Shown piece by piece: positions 9,811-19,403 of a stretch of 64,000 nucleotides of DNA (position 1 is the first letter of the stretch; the number at the start of each line of letters is the position of its first letter). The notes under the pieces were generated by a model. That model saw nothing but the letters and a program-made list of their open reading frames with translations, searched no databases and was not told where the DNA came from. The DNA lies in the IMG/VR virus record IMGVR_UViG_3300035182_002586, positions 248,001 to 312,000 of that record. The stretch is one strand, 5' to 3'. A program made the translations under genes and the position numbers.

Positions 9811-12273
9811 TCAGAATATCGCGTTGAAGGCGGTCACGTAGGGCCCCACGTCCGGGCCGAGGTACGCGAAGACCGTCCCCGCCGTGTAGCCGTTCGGGCC
9901 GCTGGTGGGAGGTGTGCCTCCGGCGGTGTCGATCGCCTGGATCCAGTCCTGGATGTCCCCTCCGGTCTCCGGGAGGCTAAGGAAGTACGCGCCCACGGAC
10001 AGGCTCGTGATGAAGTCGAGGAGCGAGATGAGGTACTGGAGGAAGCGCTCCAGGGTGTCGATCTTGCGTTCGATCAGGTTGATGAAGTCCTTGATCTCGT
10101 CCATCGTGCCGCGGTAGGCATCGAGCAGGGCATTGATCTTGGCGGAGAGGTCGTAGAGGAACTGCCCGCTCCACGGGATGATGTCGCGCAGGATGCTGAC
10201 CTGGATCCAGTCCGGCGGCGTCCCCTTGAGCGTGAACGTCTGGATGAGGTTGACGGCCTGGAGGATGTTCTGGCGCGTCGCTACGTCGGCGAAGATGTCG
10301 CTGTACAGCACGACCGTGTTGCGGTCGGTGTTGCCGTCCGCGTCTACCTTGACGATCGCTGCAATGAGCTTCTCCAGGGTGTTCGTCCCCGCAGGTAGCG
10401 TCGGAGCGTCCGCGGGCGCCCCCTTGGGCAGGGGTGGCGTCTGCATCAGGGTGCGGAATTGCTCGATGGTACCACTACCCGCTTGAAGCAGAGCGCTCGC
10501 GACCGTGGTGGCAAGTCGGGCCGACAAGCGGCGCACCTGCTTGTTCTGCCACGGCATCTCCGGGTACTTGCCGGTGGCCTCGTCGATCACGTAGTCGTTC
10601 TTGAAACCCCCAGGATCCGCCACACCAGCAGCCAGAGGGCCAATGAGGGGGATGTTGACGAGCTGCGAGAGAACGCCGCCCTGCCGCACGAGGGACCCCT
10701 TGCCGACCTCGCTGTTCAGCGTCGGGGCAACGGGGACCCCCGCGCTATCAAACTTGGCGTCCGAGGCAACGGGTTGGTGGAAGTTGAGCGAGAACGCCGC
10801 CTGGAAGATGTTCGTCAGGTTCCCGACCACATCGAAGTTCGACGGGAGCTTCACGAGGCGAACACGTGCTGTACCCGAAGCTCGGCCCATGACAGGGGGG
10901 TCGGAAGTGCCGAGGGCAGGCCACGAAAGAACCCATGTGTTGGTGATGGGGTCCTTTCGCTCCGGGATCTTGAAGTCGATGCTCTTGTCCGAGGCGACCG
11001 CAAGGTCGCCGCTGAACGCTCGCACTCGGTAGTAGTAGGTCTGGCCGAACTCGACCTCGTTGTCGATGTACCGGAACTTCCCGAGCTGCCCGAGCAAGAA
11101 GGTGCCCGTTGCATGCGTCGCGTCGATGACCGTGTACTTCTGAAACTTGACGAAGGGATCTCCGTACTCGTCGGTCACGCGCTCTTTGCGCTTCATCCTC
11201 TGACCGGGTTTCCCGCGCAGCTCGAAGTCGGTCTCATATGTCGTCGTGACAACCCCCACGGCGTGTGGGTTGTCGACCTCCGACATGTCGATCTCGGGTG
11301 TGACCGGGAAGTCCGACCGCTCGATGAGGAACTTCGGCGGGATGAACTCGGTCCCCACGCTCGTCACGAGGTCCGAGAACCCGGGGTCCGGTGACTGCTG
11401 GTTCGTCGGCAGAGACCACTCGATGGCGATCGCTTCGGGCTGCGTGCCGAACGCCTTGACCACGGAGAGGATGGGATCTCCCTTGGCTCCGACGGGCAGG
11501 ACCTTGACGTTGGACGGCGCCTGGTAGTGCGGTGCCGTGAGGTCCTTCCCGAAGAAGCGGAGTAGCTGCCTCGCCAGCCTGAGGAGCTGGAGAGAGGTGC
11601 TTGCATCGACGACGATCATCACGAACCCGCTTTTCGTGGCCCCGGCGACGGGCTGCGGGCGGTTCTGGTCCCGCTCGTCGTAGAGCGACGACTTGAAGCG
11701 GGTCGTGAACGCCTTGTATCCTCCGTAACTCTTTTTGAAGTTTGGGTCCGAGAAGGGGTTTGGGTAGTCGTTGAAGGCGTAGACGCCCGTTCGCTTGAGC
11801 AGCTCGAAGAGCTGGAGGATCAGCTTGACGAGCGCGTCGACGAGAGCCTTGATCGGGTTGCCGAAGTCGACGAGGAAGGTCTTGACCGTCTCCAGAACGG
11901 CTTTGACGACCTCCAGGTAGGTCATCAACGTTTCGAGGGCGCTGCGAGCCTTCTCGGTGAGGTCCTTCCCGGGGATCTGGAACGAGAAGTTGTGCCAGGC
12001 ACCGTCGAACGCGCCCGAGGAGGACGGGGTAGCCGGGGTCGTGGTGGCCGGCGTTGCCGTAGGCGAGGTTGTAGTGATCGCCCCTGCCGGGATGGCGGCA
12101 GTGACACGCACACCTGAGGCGTACGTCAACTCCGCGCTGACCGTAGCCCCCGCATCGAGAGCCACGGGCCCGAGACCGGGCGTAGTCAGCTCGGCCCCGG
12201 CGGCCAGGTTGGCCGTGATGGGGATCGTGACGGTTGCAACCGCTGTCAGGTGTGAGGTGCCTTCGTCAGCCAC
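9811..12273 (-). CDS. Large virion structural protein with FN3-like segment
   Basis: 820 aa; YIDNEVEFGQTYYYRVRAFS is an FN3-type strand; amphipathic helices at both ends. Confidence 0.6.
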   Translation of the reverse strand: MADEGTSHLTAVATVTIPITANLAAGAELTTPGLGPVALDAGATVSAELTYASGVRVTAAIPAGAITTTSPTATPATTTPATPSSSGAFDGAWHNFSFQIPGKDLTEKARSALETLMTYLEVVKAVLETVKTFLVDFGNPIKALVDALVKLILQLFELLKRTGVYAFNDYPNPFSDPNFKKSYGGYKAFTTRFKSSLYDERDQNRPQPVAGATKSGFVMIVVDASTSLQLLRLARQLLRFFGKDLTAPHYQAPSNVKVLPVGAKGDPILSVVKAFGTQPEAIAIEWSLPTNQQSPDPGFSDLVTSVGTEFIPPKFLIERSDFPVTPEIDMSEVDNPHAVGVVTTTYETDFELRGKPGQRMKRKERVTDEYGDPFVKFQKYTVIDATHATGTFLLGQLGKFRYIDNEVEFGQTYYYRVRAFSGDLAVASDKSIDFKIPERKDPITNTWVLSWPALGTSDPPVMGRASGTARVRLVKLPSNFDVVGNLTNIFQAAFSLNFHQPVASDAKFDSAGVPVAPTLNSEVGKGSLVRQGGVLSQLVNIPLIGPLAAGVADPGGFKNDYVIDEATGKYPEMPWQNKQVRRLSARLATTVASALLQAGSGTIEQFRTLMQTPPLPKGAPADAPTLPAGTNTLEKLIAAIVKVDADGNTDRNTVVLYSDIFADVATRQNILQAVNLIQTFTLKGTPPDWIQVSILRDIIPWSGQFLYDLSAKINALLDAYRGTMDEIKDFINLIERKIDTLERFLQYLISLLDFITSLSVGAYFLSLPETGGDIQDWIQAIDTAGGTPPTSGPNGYTAGTVFAYLGPDVGPYVTAFNAIF

Positions 12274-12274
12274 T

Positions 12275-12475
12275 TCAACCCCCGTACTGCGCCTTGGCCA
12301 GCTTCCGTCGAAGCGTCGCTAGCTCACTCTCGGTGGCACTGATCGCGAGGTGAATGACCTCACGCATCTTCCCGTGGATGGCGAATTCGGTCTTGTACTT
12401 CCACTCGACGCCGGGTTTCTCCTCTTCGGGGCAAGGCGGGGCCTCGCCCTCCACAGGCTTCTCTTCGGGGGTCAC
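12275..12475 (-). CDS. Small hypothetical protein
   Basis: GTG 12475 overlaps the upstream TGA (GTGA); 66 aa ending in a coiled coil. Confidence 0.5.
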   Translation of the reverse strand: MTPEEKPVEGEAPPCPEEEKPGVEWKYKTEFAIHGKMREVIHLAISATESELATLRRKLAKAQYGG

Positions 12476-15400
12476 GGAGACACCGCCAGCAGCTTCGTGA
12501 GCTGATTCACTACGTCCTGTTGCGCTTGGATCCGATCCGCCACGGCTCGGGTCTGCTTGACCAGGATGCCCGTCCCCAGGTTGATCCTCGCGTCGATCCA
12601 CGTGAACCTCTTGTCGTAGAGCCTCTCGGTGCCCGAGAGCGCGTTGGTGATGAGAGCGACGGGGCCGCTGGACGGGTTGTTGATGTACGTCTGACGGGTC
12701 GTGGCCTGCGTGTATCGCGTGTTCAGGTCCGTTGTGAGCGTGGCCCGAGCAAAGGCGAGAGGGTCGACCACCGGACCCGGCTTCACAACGGAGACAGGCG
12801 TTGTGACGAGCGTGAGGAACGACTGCGTGAGAACCAGGAACGCGTCCGCTTGCAGGAGGATAGCCACGAGGTACGTAAGTGTCTGGAATCCCACTCCAGA
12901 GAAGCTCACGACTCGATAGCCTGCGGCAAGATCGGGCGTCGGGAACGCGGACGCCACAGTGATGGAGGTATCCGAGACCACCGATGCGACCTGGTAGATG
13001 CCCGCAGCGGACCCGGTTCGGATGAACACGAGATCGTTCGTGGTCACCCCGCTCGACACGAAAGTGGCAGAGGGGTCCGTCAGAGTCGTCGCGGAGGCCG
13101 ATGCTGTCGAAGGCGTAACGATGTCCGTGAACACGAGGTTCAGGTACGCTTCGATGGCAGTGCGCTCGTTGCCAAGAGCGACGACTTCGCCTTGAAGATC
13201 AGGTACGAGGGACCCTTCCAAGAGCGAGGTCGGTGCACCCCCAAAGGCGATGAGCGAGTTCGTCACCCGGTAGGCGCCGGAGGAAGCCGTCGAAGCCAGC
13301 GTGAGCTGCGTGGTGGAGTCCACCGTGAGCACCTGACGACGCTCTCCGGTCGACACACCCGTCGTCAGGACCACCGTGTGCCCCGGCTGAACCCCCGCCG
13401 CCACGAAGTCGGCGAAGAGGTCCGTGAGTGTGGTCCCAGCGATCGCGGCCGCCCCCGTTATGAGGGCGGCCGACACCCCCACCACGAACGTGAAACCTGT
13501 GTCCACGGAGGCGAAAGCCGTGTCCACCGTGACGCTGTTCGCCGTAGCCGTGACCACGCGTCGGTACGAGGTGGTGCCGTTGACCCCGGAGGTGATGCGC
13601 ACGAGGTCGTGGGCAACCGGGACCGGCGAGGGGAAGGTTCCGGCCGTGAGGGTGATCGTCGTCTTCAGTGCGTCCAGGTTTCCGGTCCCCACGAAAGGCG
13701 CGGTCGTTGCGGTGCGCAGCGTACCGCTCGGGGACTGGATGAGCTGGATCTCGTTTGCCAAGAGCCCGCCTCCCACCGAGGTCAGCTCCGCGGCGAACGA
13801 GGGCCCGACCAGGGGGAGGGTCACCTCTCCGTCGTCGTCCACCGTCCCGCCATCGAGCGCCGGGAACCGTGCTGGCGTCGTCGACGTTGCGTTGTGGTAC
13901 ACGTCGGCAGACAGGGCTTGCCCCGCCGGGATCTGCTTCGTCACCAGCGCGTTCGGGACGGGGACGGGGGAGGCCGAGCCGTCGAGGGGCGGCATGGCCT
14001 TCACGTAGGTGAGCTGCCCTTGAGCGGGGGCAAACCCGTAGCTCGCGGGCGGGTAGTGCACGTTCTCGTTGACCCCCGGCTGCGGGGAACCGCTCGCGTT
14101 CGAGTCATCACTCGGGGCGCGGTAGATGGTTGCCCCCGCAGGGACCGCAACCGGCAGACCGGGGGCGAAGGCGATGCTGGTCGGAGACGTGGCCGAGACC
14201 ACGATGGGCGACCCATCCGGAACGAGGAACGTCCCGTTTGATAGCTGGACGACACACTTCATCCCCGTGAGGAACGGGGGGCGGATGGTCGTGGCCGAAC
14301 CCTGCGCGGCATCTACGGTAAGGGTCGTGGCCCCTACGACTGCCGGCTGGGTCACCCGCGCGAAGGCAGGCCGGGTCCTCACGTTCTCCACAGACGTGAG
14401 GTTCTTCGCCCCCGTGTCGAGGATGGCATCCCCCGTGGCCACTCCAGCGGCCGCTACCCCGAACGAGTGCCGGAATGTGGGGAAGAACCGGCTCACAGCC
14501 GAAGGCAGGTAGAGAGCCTGGTACGTTCCGACGGAGACGAGCGTGAAGGTCGGGAACGTGAACGAGACCTGGTAGGGGGCGTCGGAGACCTTGATCTGAT
14601 CGTCGATCTGGTTGGTCGCCGCCTGCATGGTCGTGACGGGCGCGTTGGTGGTCAGCCCGTCAAAGCGGAAGCGCCCGCTTCGGTGCCCAACCACACGGCC
14701 GTCGAGGTTCTGGAGGACATCCTCCAGGTAGTTGATCCCGTCGTTGTAGAAGACGAGGGTGGAGCGGGCAACGATGTCCTCGTTCGCGAGATGGCCCTCT
14801 GCGAAGAACACGGAGGGGCGTCCCTGATCCGAGAGCTTCGTCTGTCCCGCGTTCGAAGTGTTGGGCCCATTCGAGGGGACGGCCGACTTCGCGTCGTCTT
14901 CGTACTGCTGCGCCAGCTCCCCCTTGAAGTTCGTGAACGTCTCGACGCGGTAGTAGAACGAGTCCGGGGAATCGATCGTGTAGTCGGACTTGAGGACCTG
15001 ACCGAGCAGACCGTTCGAGGCCGTGGGTACGATGATCGAGGTGTATGAGGCACGCACTCGCGGACCCGGGCCCACGCTACGGTGACCCGTGTAGAGGATG
15101 CCGAACTCCTCGTTGGGGAGAAGCGCGGAAGCGAAGGTGATCCGCCCTGAGTCGTTGATCGCGTAGTCCGCGGGGGACGTGAGGATCGAACCCGGCTGAC
15201 CCATCACGCGTCGGTAGACCGTGTACGGCTGCGTGAGGATGGGGGTCAGACTCGTGGAGACGGCCGACGTGCTCGCTTCCAAGACCGGACGCACGGACCG
15301 GTACAGAAGGGCGCCTCCCGTGCCCGGCGCGTACTGCTTCGAGAAGTTCTCTGCCACGAGGACGGTGGTGGCCCCCGCAGCCTTGTCGTAAGTCGAACCC

Positions 15401-18400
15401 GTGACCTGGTAGAACTCGTTGAGCCCCGTGGCGTTCTGGAAGTAGACCACCGTGCCTGCGGGGTACGTAGCGGTACGGTCCCCGACCAACACGATGGACT
15501 GCGTACCCCTCGGCGCAGCGTTCCAGTTTGCAGCTTCCAGCACGAAGTACGACGGGCGCGCCGGTGTGCTCGATGTGGGCGTGGGGCCTGACGCGAGGAA
15601 GACGTTCGGGTTCGTCACGTCGTCACGGAAGGACTGTCCCGCGGCGAGCTGCACCGTCGTGACGTTGGACGTGGTGTCGTACGTCGCCGCGGAGATGAGG
15701 TAGACCTGCTCTTTCTCGATGCGGAAGAGCAGGTCCGGCCGGAACGTTGCCGTCCAATCTCCGCTAAGGAGGAACCCGGTGTCCCCCGCGCTGGCGATGA
15801 ACTGCGCGACCGTCATGGGGGGCTGAAGGACCGTCGTGGTCTTCTCCCCTCCGAAGGCTTGCGTGACGTAGTAGTCGATGTAGACGCGTTCCGTGGGCGC
15901 GACGATCGCCCCGTGAGGCAGTGCGTCCGTGACCTGGTTGTCCGGGAGGAACCGGATCGTCCCCGCGGTCGTGTCCACGACGCACTGGACGTTGAGCGTC
16001 TGCGGTCGACCACCTCGGTAGACCGCGGGTGCGGGCTGTGACGCTACGTGTTTCCCCGTGGGGTTGAAGTGCAGGATGGACGTCGGTGTCGTGTGGGGCT
16101 GCGTGACTTCCTTCCGCACAAGGAAGGTGGCCGGCTCCGTCACGGGGGCGGAGCCGGATGCCGGGAGGTACGTCAGGTACCCTTCGTCATCCGTGAGCGC
16201 CCGCTCCGTGTAGTCGATGAGGCCCAAGGGGGGCGTCAGTCGGTAGTCCTTGGACTGCTGGAGCTGGAAGACGCCGTAGACCGTCTCTCCCAGGTTCAGC
16301 TCGGAGAAGTTCAGGTTTCCGGTCGCTGCGCTCACCTGTACGACACCGCTCGGAATGCTGGTCGGAGGGGAGAAGTACCCATCGTTCGGTACGACGGTGA
16401 CCAACGTGGACATCGTGGTCGCCCCGAACCGGAAGCGAACGTGTCCCACCTGCGCGAGCATCACGGTCAGACGAGGTGCGTTCGACACAGCCCCGAGCGC
16501 CCGCACACGCTCGATGATCGTCTGCGGATCGGCGAGAACCAGAGGAGAGAAGAAACGGTCGGCGACGATCTCCCGGCCGTGGCGCACCTCGTAGCTCACG
16601 GACGCCGCCGTGGGCGCCGCTGCATCGAGGGTGAGGGTCGTGGTCCCAACGGCGGTGATCAGGTAGATCCCTGCCGCCGCCCCCGACGGCACAAGCAAGG
16701 AGTCACCCACCGCGACTCCTGCCAGCGCGAAGTTCTTCGCCGGATCCGTGAACGTCGTGGAGGCGGTGCTTCCTCCGGTCCCGCTCGTGACGAGAGTGCC
16801 TTGCGTGGAGGTGAAGGACACCGCCCCCGACGTGTTGTCGAAGAGTGCGTCCACCCCGACAGTCAGGGGCATGTAGATGCCGGTCCCTGTGCCCGTCTCC
16901 AGCTCCAACACGACGTTGGACGCGAGGACCAGCGGGTCCGGCAGCATGACGCCCCCGACGGGCTGCAAGGTCGGGATGAGAGCCTGGTTCTTGCGCTGCG
17001 CGTACTGGAGAAGACGCTGATCGAGGTCGAGTACGTAGCCGAGACCCGCAGGCGGAGAGGCTACGTCCAGGCGAGGGAGGGCCCCCGTGAAGGAACCTGT
17101 ACCTTGCTCGACTCGAACGGTGAGCGGGAGGGAGTCGACAGGTAGGGAGGGGAGGAACACCTGCGGAGCGCCGATCACAGGGTCCGCGAACGTGGCGTCT
17201 GTCACCGGGTACAGAGCCGTCACGTCTTTCAGTGAGGGATCGCCCGCACCGAGGTTGACCGGGTTCCGGAAGAGACGGAGCGAGATACCGTGGTCGACGG
17301 GGAGGTCGCCCGTCGTGAGGGTGACCGTCTGACCCGCGTAGGACGTGCGGTCTGCCAGGGAGAACCGGGCTTCTCCGCCCAAGCCCACTCGAAGCACCTG
17401 GACGACGCCAGCCTTGCCCACAGAATCCGCGAAGGACGTCACCATCTCGAACTGTGGGAACTGCACGGTCCCCGCACGGAAGACGAGATCCCCTCCATCC
17501 GGAGGAAGAGCTGCGATCGACAGGGACGTGTACCCCGCCGGCATCGAACCGAGGGTCGAGGACGGCAACGTCAGTGCGCGCCCAAGCACCACCCCGTCGT
17601 AGTAGACGGCCTTGCCGAGGTTCGCGGCGACGTCCACGGGGCTGAGGTTGATACGCCCCGTGGTGAGAGCCCACTCGAACGTACCCGCAGCGGGGCTCAG
17701 AGAGAAAGCCCCCTCATTCGGGACTTGGATCGGCGTGAGGGGGAGCCCGTAGCCGATCCGAACCACGGGGAACTGCCCCGTCGCGGGGAGGGGGTTCAGA
17801 ACCAGTGTAGCCGGCGGGACTCCGAGGTGGCCATTCGAGTCCGTGAACGAGAAGAACCCCTGCTGCTGGAACCTGACGATCTGCCCGGAGTAGGTCGTCA
17901 GGTCCGTGGTGTTCCAGTTCAGGTTCCCCGTGGTAAGGGAGAGCTGGACGGTTCCTGCGGACGGCGCGCTGAACGCCCCATCGTTCGGGACGAGAGCGAT
18001 GGTGAACGTCGTCCCGCTGCCCACCGATCCCACAGCGATGCGCATGGGGAACAGGGTCAGGTTGGAGAGCGCCGGCTTCGGGGCCGTCAGGCGGGTCGTG
18101 TTCGAGTTGGGCCCGAGAGGGGCCGCCGCCGTGCTCGGAGGACCTCCAGGAAGCAGCTTGAAGCGCTGCTCACGCCCTTCGTAGTCGAAGCGCTGGAAGC
18201 CGATCTGTGCACCGCCTACAACGGCGCCTTCGTTCTTCGTCCAGTCGAACGAGGCCGTGGGCAGGTTGCCGTCCTGATGTACGAGGACGAGGTAGTCGGC
18301 TCTGGGGTTCGGCTCACTGCCGGTGGGGTAGGCTGCGGCATACGCGACGGAATCCGAGACGTAGTTGTCCGGGGAAGCCGTGAACGGGGAGTTCGCTGAA

Positions 18401-18447
18401 CCCACCCGCGGTCGTTCGAGGACGTAGCCTTTCAGCGCGTAGCCCAT
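12472..18447 (-). CDS. Very large baseplate/tail structural protein
   Basis: 1991 aa, beta-rich, with repeated ~45-aa modules (T[FL]TD...F...GV...D/H...G...G.Y.V..V....TL). Confidence 0.7.
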   Translation of the reverse strand: MGYALKGYVLERPRVGSANSPFTASPDNYVSDSVAYAAAYPTGSEPNPRADYLVLVHQDGNLPTASFDWTKNEGAVVGGAQIGFQRFDYEGREQRFKLLPGGPPSTAAAPLGPNSNTTRLTAPKPALSNLTLFPMRIAVGSVGSGTTFTIALVPNDGAFSAPSAGTVQLSLTTGNLNWNTTDLTTYSGQIVRFQQQGFFSFTDSNGHLGVPPATLVLNPLPATGQFPVVRIGYGLPLTPIQVPNEGAFSLSPAAGTFEWALTTGRINLSPVDVAANLGKAVYYDGVVLGRALTLPSSTLGSMPAGYTSLSIAALPPDGGDLVFRAGTVQFPQFEMVTSFADSVGKAGVVQVLRVGLGGEARFSLADRTSYAGQTVTLTTGDLPVDHGISLRLFRNPVNLGAGDPSLKDVTALYPVTDATFADPVIGAPQVFLPSLPVDSLPLTVRVEQGTGSFTGALPRLDVASPPAGLGYVLDLDQRLLQYAQRKNQALIPTLQPVGGVMLPDPLVLASNVVLELETGTGTGIYMPLTVGVDALFDNTSGAVSFTSTQGTLVTSGTGGSTASTTFTDPAKNFALAGVAVGDSLLVPSGAAAGIYLITAVGTTTLTLDAAAPTAASVSYEVRHGREIVADRFFSPLVLADPQTIIERVRALGAVSNAPRLTVMLAQVGHVRFRFGATTMSTLVTVVPNDGYFSPPTSIPSGVVQVSAATGNLNFSELNLGETVYGVFQLQQSKDYRLTPPLGLIDYTERALTDDEGYLTYLPASGSAPVTEPATFLVRKEVTQPHTTPTSILHFNPTGKHVASQPAPAVYRGGRPQTLNVQCVVDTTAGTIRFLPDNQVTDALPHGAIVAPTERVYIDYYVTQAFGGEKTTTVLQPPMTVAQFIASAGDTGFLLSGDWTATFRPDLLFRIEKEQVYLISAATYDTTSNVTTVQLAAGQSFRDDVTNPNVFLASGPTPTSSTPARPSYFVLEAANWNAAPRGTQSIVLVGDRTATYPAGTVVYFQNATGLNEFYQVTGSTYDKAAGATTVLVAENFSKQYAPGTGGALLYRSVRPVLEASTSAVSTSLTPILTQPYTVYRRVMGQPGSILTSPADYAINDSGRITFASALLPNEEFGILYTGHRSVGPGPRVRASYTSIIVPTASNGLLGQVLKSDYTIDSPDSFYYRVETFTNFKGELAQQYEDDAKSAVPSNGPNTSNAGQTKLSDQGRPSVFFAEGHLANEDIVARSTLVFYNDGINYLEDVLQNLDGRVVGHRSGRFRFDGLTTNAPVTTMQAATNQIDDQIKVSDAPYQVSFTFPTFTLVSVGTYQALYLPSAVSRFFPTFRHSFGVAAAGVATGDAILDTGAKNLTSVENVRTRPAFARVTQPAVVGATTLTVDAAQGSATTIRPPFLTGMKCVVQLSNGTFLVPDGSPIVVSATSPTSIAFAPGLPVAVPAGATIYRAPSDDSNASGSPQPGVNENVHYPPASYGFAPAQGQLTYVKAMPPLDGSASPVPVPNALVTKQIPAGQALSADVYHNATSTTPARFPALDGGTVDDDGEVTLPLVGPSFAAELTSVGGGLLANEIQLIQSPSGTLRTATTAPFVGTGNLDALKTTITLTAGTFPSPVPVAHDLVRITSGVNGTTSYRRVVTATANSVTVDTAFASVDTGFTFVVGVSAALITGAAAIAGTTLTDLFADFVAAGVQPGHTVVLTTGVSTGERRQVLTVDSTTQLTLASTASSGAYRVTNSLIAFGGAPTSLLEGSLVPDLQGEVVALGNERTAIEAYLNLVFTDIVTPSTASASATTLTDPSATFVSSGVTTNDLVFIRTGSAAGIYQVASVVSDTSITVASAFPTPDLAAGYRVVSFSGVGFQTLTYLVAILLQADAFLVLTQSFLTLVTTPVSVVKPGPVVDPLAFARATLTTDLNTRYTQATTRQTYINNPSSGPVALITNALSGTERLYDKRFTWIDARINLGTGILVKQTRAVADRIQAQQDVVNQLTKLLAVSP

Positions 18448-18462
18448 GTGCGATCCCGTCTT

Positions 18463-19032
18463 TCATACGATCTGGCCGAACCCCACCCCTGCCGAGGGCG
18501 ACGGAGAAGGTGGTCCCGCTATAGCCACGGGTGATACAAGAGCACTAAAGAGTGCGTCGAGGGCGGTCCCCACCGCCAAAGCCAGCTTGTCGGTTCCTAG
18601 CCCGCTCACCCCCGCAGCCGAAAGTGCGGTCTGGATGAACGGAGATGCAGGCGGTGCGCGAAACGTACAGATGCCTGCTCCTACCCCCACGCTCGGGTGG
18701 GTCGTCATGATCTGGCCTTGCAGGAACGCCTGTGTAAGCCCGATCGAAAGCCCGAGAACCGTGGACGGTGCGAAGGGACCGATGATCTCATGCGCGAGGA
18801 AACCGGCTTGCACGACCGCCTGAACAACAGGCATCGCAACAACCAGTGGGGTCACCCCCGCTCCTACGCCTGCCGTTCCGGTGTCAACGGTTTGGACTTT
18901 GACCAGGGCGACCCAAGCCACTAGCCCGTTGGCGAGCCCCTGCGCCATCTTCGGAACGGCTGCGCCGAGATGTCCCGTCGAAGCCAGGTTCGAGAGAAGA
19001 GCACCCCGGACGCCGGTGGGTGTGAGAGCCAT
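18463..19032 (-). CDS. Hypothetical virion protein (Gly/Ala/Val-rich)
   Basis: Coupled to the upstream stop (TGATG); lies between the spike and the giant structural gene. Confidence 0.55.
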   Translation of the reverse strand: MALTPTGVRGALLSNLASTGHLGAAVPKMAQGLANGLVAWVALVKVQTVDTGTAGVGAGVTPLVVAMPVVQAVVQAGFLAHEIIGPFAPSTVLGLSIGLTQAFLQGQIMTTHPSVGVGAGICTFRAPPASPFIQTALSAAGVSGLGTDKLALAVGTALDALFSALVSPVAIAGPPSPSPSAGVGFGQIV

Positions 19033-19400
19033 CAGTACGTCTCCGGGGAACCAAGAGCGGTTTCAAGGTACTCCGCGATACGGCGGAAAACTTGAGGATC
19101 TGTGCAGTTGTTCTTGAGGGTGTTGGCAAGGTGACTGATAACAGCGATGTTTCCCTGTACGTACCCCAGGACAGGATCGATACGATCCAAAGACATGGAG
19201 TAGGGGTGGGCCTTCCCTTGGCCTAGTACGAATGCTTCTCGTGTGATGGGGCAATGACCATCGTTAGGAAGACACGCTCGGATGTCGTCGAGTGTGACAT
19301 TGAAAGGGAGCCCCTCTCTTGTGGCTCGCGCCCTCGCGTTCCGAAGCAGGTTCACCTCCGGGCGGTCATTGGCATTCGTAGCCTGTGTAGAGGCACTCAT
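19032..19400 (-). CDS. Small HNH-like endonuclease
   Basis: ARARATREGLPFNVT...CPIT...SLDRIDPVLGYVQGNIAVISHLANTLKN matches the common phage SLDRID/GY..GN beta-beta-alpha family; lower GC than neighbours. Confidence 0.75.
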   Translation of the reverse strand: MSASTQATNANDRPEVNLLRNARARATREGLPFNVTLDDIRACLPNDGHCPITREAFVLGQGKAHPYSMSLDRIDPVLGYVQGNIAVISHLANTLKNNCTDPQVFRRIAEYLETALGSPETY

Positions 19401-19403
19401 GTC

